DNA of 48,605 nucleotides. Source: a virus (Duplodnaviria; Heunggongvirae; Uroviricota; Caudoviricetes). Under the pieces are notes generated by a model, which was given only the letters and a program-made list of their open reading frames with translations, was not told where the DNA came from and did no database searches. How positions within the stretch are numbered: position 1 is the stretch's first letter; the number at the start of each line of letters is the position of its first letter. The stretch lies in IMG/VR virus record IMGVR_UViG_3300037400_006466, positions 236,098-284,702 of that record; one strand, written 5' to 3'. This document shows, one piece after another, positions 43,567 through 48,605 of the stretch. Made by a program: the position numbers and the translations under genes.

Positions 43567-44109
43567 TCAGGGCCACTCTCCAAGAGGCTTATTTACATTT
43601 TCCTCTTTTCTGATAGGAGCTGTTGAGAAGTGAGCTCCATTGTACTCCATCTCGAAAACCTCTCTGGCAATGTCTTCTGTAAGTCCTGTGTAAAGTCCGT
43701 AATAATCGGATGTATCATCATTCGGGAACTGAATGACTTCAGGGTTGAAGTTGATGAAGATGTGAGGAACACCTGCGAAGTCAACTGCTTCCTTGATTTC
43801 AGCAACTCTTGGATTACCTTCAAAGAGGTCCTTGAGGTCCTGGAAATCATCATGGTCAGCTGCTCCCTTAAGCTTAATGACATTCTTGACCTTCACATTG
43901 CCAAAGGTGTGATACTTTGGAAGAAGATTATTCAGAGCTCTGAACTTCTTCTCATTGGAAACATAAATCCAGATTTCCTTCTTATCATCTGTGTCATAAA
44001 GCTGACCCACTTCAATGTCTGGGTCTTCATTGAAAAGAGCTTCCAGCTGTCTCCAATAGGTTATCCAAGGAGGTGATAACTTGAAATTTTTCTTAACAGT
44101 TTCTGCCAT
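43567..44109 (-). CDS. Conserved-looking phage hypothetical protein
   Basis: 180 aa; KLSPPW..Y...L.ALF..DPDI...FGNV..K...EVIQF.NDD..DY.GL; function unknown. Confidence 0.65.
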   Translation of the reverse strand: MAETVKKNFKLSPPWITYWRQLEALFNEDPDIEVGQLYDTDDKKEIWIYVSNEKKFRALNNLLPKYHTFGNVKVKNVIKLKGAADHDDFQDLKDLFEGNPRVAEIKEAVDFAGVPHIFINFNPEVIQFPNDDTSDYYGLYTGLTEDIAREVFEMEYNGAHFSTAPIRKEENVNKPLGEWP

Positions 44110-44175
44110 TTATTTAATTTCTCCTATATATAGAATATACAAAATTAGTCTTGATTACAATACTCTAAAAATAAT

Positions 44176-44634
44176 CTATTTTTCTTCTGCGTATCTGTCA
44201 CCGCCCAAATGGACGTCAAAGCTCTTGTCGTCATCACCCCACTTGAAGATGAACTCTGTCTCAACATCATCCCCATCACGGCACCAGAGTCTTGAATCCT
44301 CCCTCACTGCCTGGGCAATCAGATTGACCCCGCTGTGGAACTCATTACCATGCTTGACAAGATTGATGTAATAGTCATACATACTCTTGGTCTTGCACTT
44401 GATGACCACATCAGCTATTCTGATTCCACACCATCTCATGTCAACTCCGACCCAATAGGTCCAGTTGCCCTCACAACCTTCCTGAAATCCATGAAGATTG
44501 GCATAACCACCTATTGATTTCTGGTCTGCATTAACATATTCATCACAGATATGATTTACCCAGTGATTCTCCTCAGTACTGCTGAGTATCACCTTGTTCT
44601 TGGACTTTCTGCTGAACATTTTCTTTAAGCACAT
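44176..44634 (-). CDS. Hypothetical protein
   Basis: 152 aa with AAGG RBS. Confidence 0.6.
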   Translation of the reverse strand: MCLKKMFSRKSKNKVILSSTEENHWVNHICDEYVNADQKSIGGYANLHGFQEGCEGNWTYWVGVDMRWCGIRIADVVIKCKTKSMYDYYINLVKHGNEFHSGVNLIAQAVREDSRLWCRDGDDVETEFIFKWGDDDKSFDVHLGGDRYAEEK

Positions 44635-44662
44635 ATTTTTTATTTTCCTTATATAAAGTTAG

Positions 44663-45904
44663 TCACAGGTAACTATTCTCTGAAGTAACCACATAATAGT
44701 ATATATTGGAAGTATATACACCACCATACATCAACAGATTAGCATTTATTTCTGATTCTGTCAAGTCACCGAAATCTATCTGCACTTCGCCATTGAAAAC
44801 AATGGAATAGCTTGTGTTTCCCTCTCTGTCCAACAGACTTGTCTGAGAGCTTGTGAAATCTATATAATGAGCAGGTTTCTTTCCATTACTTGAATCTGTT
44901 CCATCAAATGTTCCAACCACAACTCCATCTTTAAGAACATTTAATGTGTAAGGTATGCCTTGTGTGGTTACCCTGTTTCTGAGAACAAAGCCGTTTGAAT
45001 TAGAGGTCTTGGAGTTGTCACTGGCTGATAAGTAAACATAAACCTTGTCTTTCCAACTGAACTTGGCCTTTGATGCACAATAGAAAGACATATTAGCTAT
45101 GACTTCCTTACCCTCATGGTTTCTGACTGTATCAAGTATATCAAGGTTTCTTGCTTGAACTGTTGGATTGACAAACAGAGATACAAGACTGTACTGAGGC
45201 TTATCTTCTCCATAATATCCCTTCAAAGTCATTGTATAATGACCTGAGTGATTTGGATTGGTACAACCGTTTTCCTCACAATGCCATTCGATTGTGAAAG
45301 TTGTGAAGTAATCATCCTTCTCTGACAGATGCTGTAAAGCTGTAGGTGTCAGTTCATCCATACAGACAATCAGGTCAGCATGAAATCTGTCTATTGTCTT
45401 TATTGTACCTGCTGCGTCAACAGGTACTGCACTACCAGAAGAAGATACAGGTGGTGTGATGTATGACATTGAACCAGTCAGCTTTGTATTGATAAGTCTT
45501 TCAGTTGTCTCTACTCTGACACCATTTGAACCTCTGTTATAGTCAGTATCGCTCCCACTTTTGATTCTGCATCTTGGTCTCATGGCCAAATAGTATTCTC
45601 TGTATTTGGATGGGTCTGACTGGGAAGTGAATCTTCCGTCTGTAGAGATTGTGAAACAGAGTTTATGGTCACAAGACATGACACCGAAGTTACCGAGAGT
45701 GTTGATTGTACTGTAGGTTCCCTTGATAGGGTCACCTAAGCTCTTGTCTTGTGTCCATGTCTTCGTATAGTTAGGAAGATAATATGTATCCTCAAGATTG
45801 ATGTTGTCCGTCATTCTTGTGGAGTGCATGAACCAGACTTGTTCTGCACCGAAAAGTAAAGGAGAACACAAAAGAATTATCAGAAGTATCAGTACTCTTT
45901 TCAT
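44663..45904 (-). CDS. Secreted protein, putative tip/adhesin-like member of the pilin-like cluster
   Basis: Signal peptide MKRVLILLIILLCSPLLFG; 413 aa, beta-rich; ends GGVYTSNIYYYVV. Confidence 0.55.
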   Translation of the reverse strand: MKRVLILLIILLCSPLLFGAEQVWFMHSTRMTDNINLEDTYYLPNYTKTWTQDKSLGDPIKGTYSTINTLGNFGVMSCDHKLCFTISTDGRFTSQSDPSKYREYYLAMRPRCRIKSGSDTDYNRGSNGVRVETTERLINTKLTGSMSYITPPVSSSGSAVPVDAAGTIKTIDRFHADLIVCMDELTPTALQHLSEKDDYFTTFTIEWHCEENGCTNPNHSGHYTMTLKGYYGEDKPQYSLVSLFVNPTVQARNLDILDTVRNHEGKEVIANMSFYCASKAKFSWKDKVYVYLSASDNSKTSNSNGFVLRNRVTTQGIPYTLNVLKDGVVVGTFDGTDSSNGKKPAHYIDFTSSQTSLLDREGNTSYSIVFNGEVQIDFGDLTESEINANLLMYGGVYTSNIYYYVVTSENSYL

Positions 45905-46479
45905 TGCAGGCTCTCCAATACTAAAGTGACGGTCGAATTATAAAGTCCAGCATCCTGTACTTCAGTGCAGAGTCTGAAATAGAGTCCAGCGTTCTGCAGC
46001 ATCAGAATACCATGGATTTCATCAAAATTCAGAACTGAGCTGTCAGGATTGGAAGTGCAATAGACAGTATGCTGAATCATTGTGGAATCCCTTAAAACAG
46101 AATATACTGTACAAAGTTCATAATCATAGACAAGATTATGATTTGTGGTATTTACAAGTTTATCATGGGTGATTGTCAGTCTGTAATCTGAACTTGAGGA
46201 AATCAGAGAGAAATTGGCAATCAGAAGTCCTGGAACAGTTTTTGGATTCTGTGTGGGGGCAATGAGATACCTGAAATTGTTTGTCACATCATTTATATTC
46301 AGATTAAGTCCTTTACCTTCATTGAGACTTGTATAATAGAATCCAGACAGTTCAAGTTCAAAGACCTCATTTATGTGAGCGACTATCTCTTGATTTGAAG
46401 CCGCATAATTAAGTTCTTTCCAAGCAAACAATGAGAAAGTTACAAATAGAATTATAATTGAAACTAAGACTTTCTTCAT
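45901..46479 (-). CDS. Secreted pilin-like subunit
   Basis: Signal peptide ...FSLFA; ends AGLYNSTVTLVLESLQ. Confidence 0.55.
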   Translation of the reverse strand: MKKVLVSIIILFVTFSLFAWKELNYAASNQEIVAHINEVFELELSGFYYTSLNEGKGLNLNINDVTNNFRYLIAPTQNPKTVPGLLIANFSLISSSSDYRLTITHDKLVNTTNHNLVYDYELCTVYSVLRDSTMIQHTVYCTSNPDSSVLNFDEIHGILMLQNAGLYFRLCTEVQDAGLYNSTVTLVLESLQ

Positions 46480-47069
46480 ACTGGACTGAACTCCACTGTC
46501 ACATAACTGACATAATCGAAATTGCCTGCAGTATCCTCATCATATTCCTGAATATAAAGCGTACAGTATCCTGCCTTTGGCTGATCCCTCTGTACATTCT
46601 CATTGTAAATGAATGAAGCTGAATTGACAATGAAGGAAGAGGCACCGGAAGAACCTTGCCTGTATCCCGGATAAGATGAACTTCCTGTAGTCGCTGTGTT
46701 AAAATCATGTGTCTTGACAGTCACTCCATCTGTCATCTTTAATGTATGTCTAGGAATATAATAGGTTCCATTGGAGAATGCCTGAAGCGGTGTAATTGTG
46801 AATGAAATGGTTACATCCATATTCTTGTCACCGGACAGCTCCCAATTGAAGATAGTCACTTCACCTGTAGTTGGATCACCTGACAAATATATATCACCTG
46901 AATGATAAATTCTGTCTGCTTCTGTAGAATAGGTCTCTCTCCAAACCTTGAAGACAACCGGAGATTCCTGTTCCTCAAAGTATCCGTTTATATATACATA
47001 TCCAGTAGTTGAGGTAGCAAAGAGATTAAAAGATATCAATAGAAACAGAACAATTAAAATCTTTTTCAT
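46476..47069 (-). CDS. Secreted pilin-like subunit
   Basis: Signal peptide ...FNLFA; ends AGNFDYVSYVTVEFSPV. Confidence 0.55.
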   Translation of the reverse strand: MKKILIVLFLLISFNLFATSTTGYVYINGYFEEQESPVVFKVWRETYSTEADRIYHSGDIYLSGDPTTGEVTIFNWELSGDKNMDVTISFTITPLQAFSNGTYYIPRHTLKMTDGVTVKTHDFNTATTGSSSYPGYRQGSSGASSFIVNSASFIYNENVQRDQPKAGYCTLYIQEYDEDTAGNFDYVSYVTVEFSPV

Positions 47070-47596
47070 TCTGAAATCCTCGCTATTGTCACTGTTGAGG
47101 TATAGTCACCAATCAGCATCTCATCTAGGTCTGTAAGAACCGCATCCAAGTAAATATTGGCTGTGGTCTCACCTGAACCGATTACAGAAAAGGTAAGGGC
47201 CTTTGAATTGTCAGCTTCATTTGGGTCTACATCAAGAATAACCGGGAAGCCACTTCCATAAGTAATATATAAAGAATAAGGATGCTCTTCAGATGTCAGC
47301 TGGCTTTCCATTGGAGTAGCTGAGAACTCCAGCTTATGAGTACCCTTTACGTTTGTTGTGTATTTAATCAGACAGACATTGTAGGGAGTGGTATTGACTG
47401 GATAGATTTCCTTAAGGTATCTATCATTCAAGTCCTGTGGCAAGGAACCGGAACCACTGTACTGAAGAACCTGTATGGTTGTTGTCTTTATGTTGGAGAT
47501 AACCCAGTGTACATTGAACTGGAGATTTTCTGAAGAAGCATAAATATATGAGAGAGCCATAACAAACAACATCAGAATTGTCAATACTTTTTTCAT
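47066..47596 (-). CDS. Secreted pilin-like subunit
   Basis: Signal peptide MKKVLTILMLFVMALSYIYA; ends IGDYTSTVTIARISE. Confidence 0.55.
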   Translation of the reverse strand: MKKVLTILMLFVMALSYIYASSENLQFNVHWVISNIKTTTIQVLQYSGSGSLPQDLNDRYLKEIYPVNTTPYNVCLIKYTTNVKGTHKLEFSATPMESQLTSEEHPYSLYITYGSGFPVILDVDPNEADNSKALTFSVIGSGETTANIYLDAVLTDLDEMLIGDYTSTVTIARISE

Positions 47597-47721
47597 ATAT
47601 TTCTCCAACATTTGTAAAAAAATTTATATGTACAAGAAAAATTTAAGGGCCATAATCCAACTTCTTGATTAAATTATGGCCCTTATAAAACGCAGGTTCT
47701 TATAAGAACCTTATTCAGTGA

Positions 47722-48402
47722 TTAGACAGCAGAAGTAACTGTGAGAATGATATGTGCTTCATAAGCACCAGCTTCAGCATTAAGGTTTGTATTCCACTCG
47801 ACATCGAAAGTTCCAAGCTCAACAACCTTATCAGTCAGGTTAGCTGTAATCTTCTTTCCATTGTAATGTGTGGTAAGAGCATTAGCAGAAGCAGTGGGAC
47901 CGATATTGGTCAGATTCTTAGTTTCTGTGACATCAGGAGTTCCGGAAACAACTGTGAATTTCTGGTCAGCAGTGCGGTTAGCATTATCAAAAGCAATTGC
48001 CTGACCAACAACAGGTGTAACAAGAACCAGGTCAGTAGCTGTAACTGTCAGAACATAATTGTCCTTAGTTCTGCTATCAGAAACCTGATTGATTGCGAAT
48101 CCAACAGTAACTGTGCTATTAGCAGTCTCTGTAAGAGCAGTGTTGAGAGCATCTGTAAGAACAGCCGCTGTAAAATCATTAGCAGTTGAATTAACTGCAT
48201 TTACGACATTAGCATTAACACCAGAAGTGGTAGCAAGCTGGAACTTCGGCCACTCTTCCTTGATTGTGGTGGTAATGTTAATCTGAGCTGTTCCGTTTGA
48301 GGAAGTATTTGCATCTGCATACCCGTCAAGACCAGGATCAACTGCAAAAACACCAGCGAGGACAACTGCCATCATTAAAATTGCGATAAGAAATTTCTTC
48401 AT
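47722..48402 (-). CDS. Secreted putative major pilin-like subunit
   Basis: Signal peptide MKKFLIAILMMAVVLAGVFA; T/A/N/V-rich; ends AGAYEAHIILTVTSAV; strong RBS; followed by a hairpin at ~47645-47684. Confidence 0.6.
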   Translation of the reverse strand: MKKFLIAILMMAVVLAGVFAVDPGLDGYADANTSSNGTAQINITTTIKEEWPKFQLATTSGVNANVVNAVNSTANDFTAAVLTDALNTALTETANSTVTVGFAINQVSDSRTKDNYVLTVTATDLVLVTPVVGQAIAFDNANRTADQKFTVVSGTPDVTETKNLTNIGPTASANALTTHYNGKKITANLTDKVVELGTFDVEWNTNLNAEAGAYEAHIILTVTSAV

Positions 48403-48428
48403 TATTTTTTCTCCTATAGGTTTTAAAT

Positions 48429-48605
48429 TCAATTTGTGATATAGCTCATGGTGATATTTGATATATACTCACCAGGGGCTAAACCTTCTGTTTTCTTCCA
48501 TGTTGCTGTGAAGAAAGCTAGATTTATATTCTCAATTGGCTTACCCGACGAATAGGCCAAGTGAAAAGATATTCCATTTCCTTCGGGAGCATAGGTCACT
48601 TGTAA
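48429..48605 (-). CDS. 3' end of a sixth pilin-like gene (5' part outside the window)
   Basis: Open 59-codon frame LQVTYAPEG...FTATWKKTEGLAPGEYISNITMSYITN* with the same GxYxSxITxxY terminal strand. Confidence 0.6.
   Translation of the reverse strand, partial: LQVTYAPEGNGISFHLAYSSGKPIENINLAFFTATWKKTEGLAPGEYISNITMSYITN

Noticed and set aside
1-48605. Genome-wide TAG recoding (code 15), suggested by in-frame TAGs at 27401, ~38517 and ~38905
   Set aside because: All long genes read intact in code 11, TAG ends some ORFs (29446, 44176), and no CUA-anticodon tRNA was seen.
1-48605. Plus-strand ORFs in the track (e.g. 5507..5932, 6446..6778, 13896..14288, 25888..26244, 43630..44076, 47752..48189)
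   Set aside because: They are antisense shadows of well-supported minus-strand genes, with no RBS or motifs.
1-48605. CRISPR array, rRNA, integrase or IS element
   Set aside because: No regularly spaced repeat-spacer series, rRNA-like sequence or transposase/integrase motif was found by eye.

Overview
An AT-rich 48.6 kb segment of what is most likely a large (possibly jumbo) tailed-phage genome. Essentially all real genes are on the minus strand. The host is probably a gut or rumen anaerobe; a spirochaete (Sphaerochaeta/Treponema-like) is inferred from the anti-sigma and secreted-protein genes. Contents by coordinate: (i) modular tail-fibre/adhesin-like genes (1-4.4 kb, 14.3-27 kb), including two BspA-type LRR proteins; (ii) a 7-gene tRNA operon (4.57-5.29 kb) preceded by a leader-peptide attenuator; (iii) a CXXX-repeat radical-SAM cassette with a 540-aa, ~73-Cys target and two GT2-TPR glycosyltransferases (7.3-13.1 kb); (iv) a PemK/MazF-like gene followed by two tRNA-Glu genes; (v) a ~10 kb tRNA array (27.5-37.4 kb) with three free-standing homing-type endonucleases and several structured non-coding stretches; (vi) small early-type genes, a metallophosphoesterase, an orphan anti-sigma factor and a run of six secreted pilin-like genes (39-48.6 kb). 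By hand I count 30 canonical tRNAs covering all 20 amino acids, plus about 9 atypical tRNA-like genes. Top observation: the leader MKKNFWSYCFYSCFSSS... has ten consecutive UNN codons and a terminator/antiterminator pair, and sits directly upstream of an operon of exactly the UNN-reading tRNAs (Trp, Ser, Ser, Phe, Tyr, Tyr, Cys). Other strong leads are a circularly permuted tRNA-like gene fused to a pseudoknotted RNA, two D-armless tRNAs, and the radical-SAM/glycosyltransferase cassette. All family assignments come from motif recognition by eye; no searches or folding programs were run.
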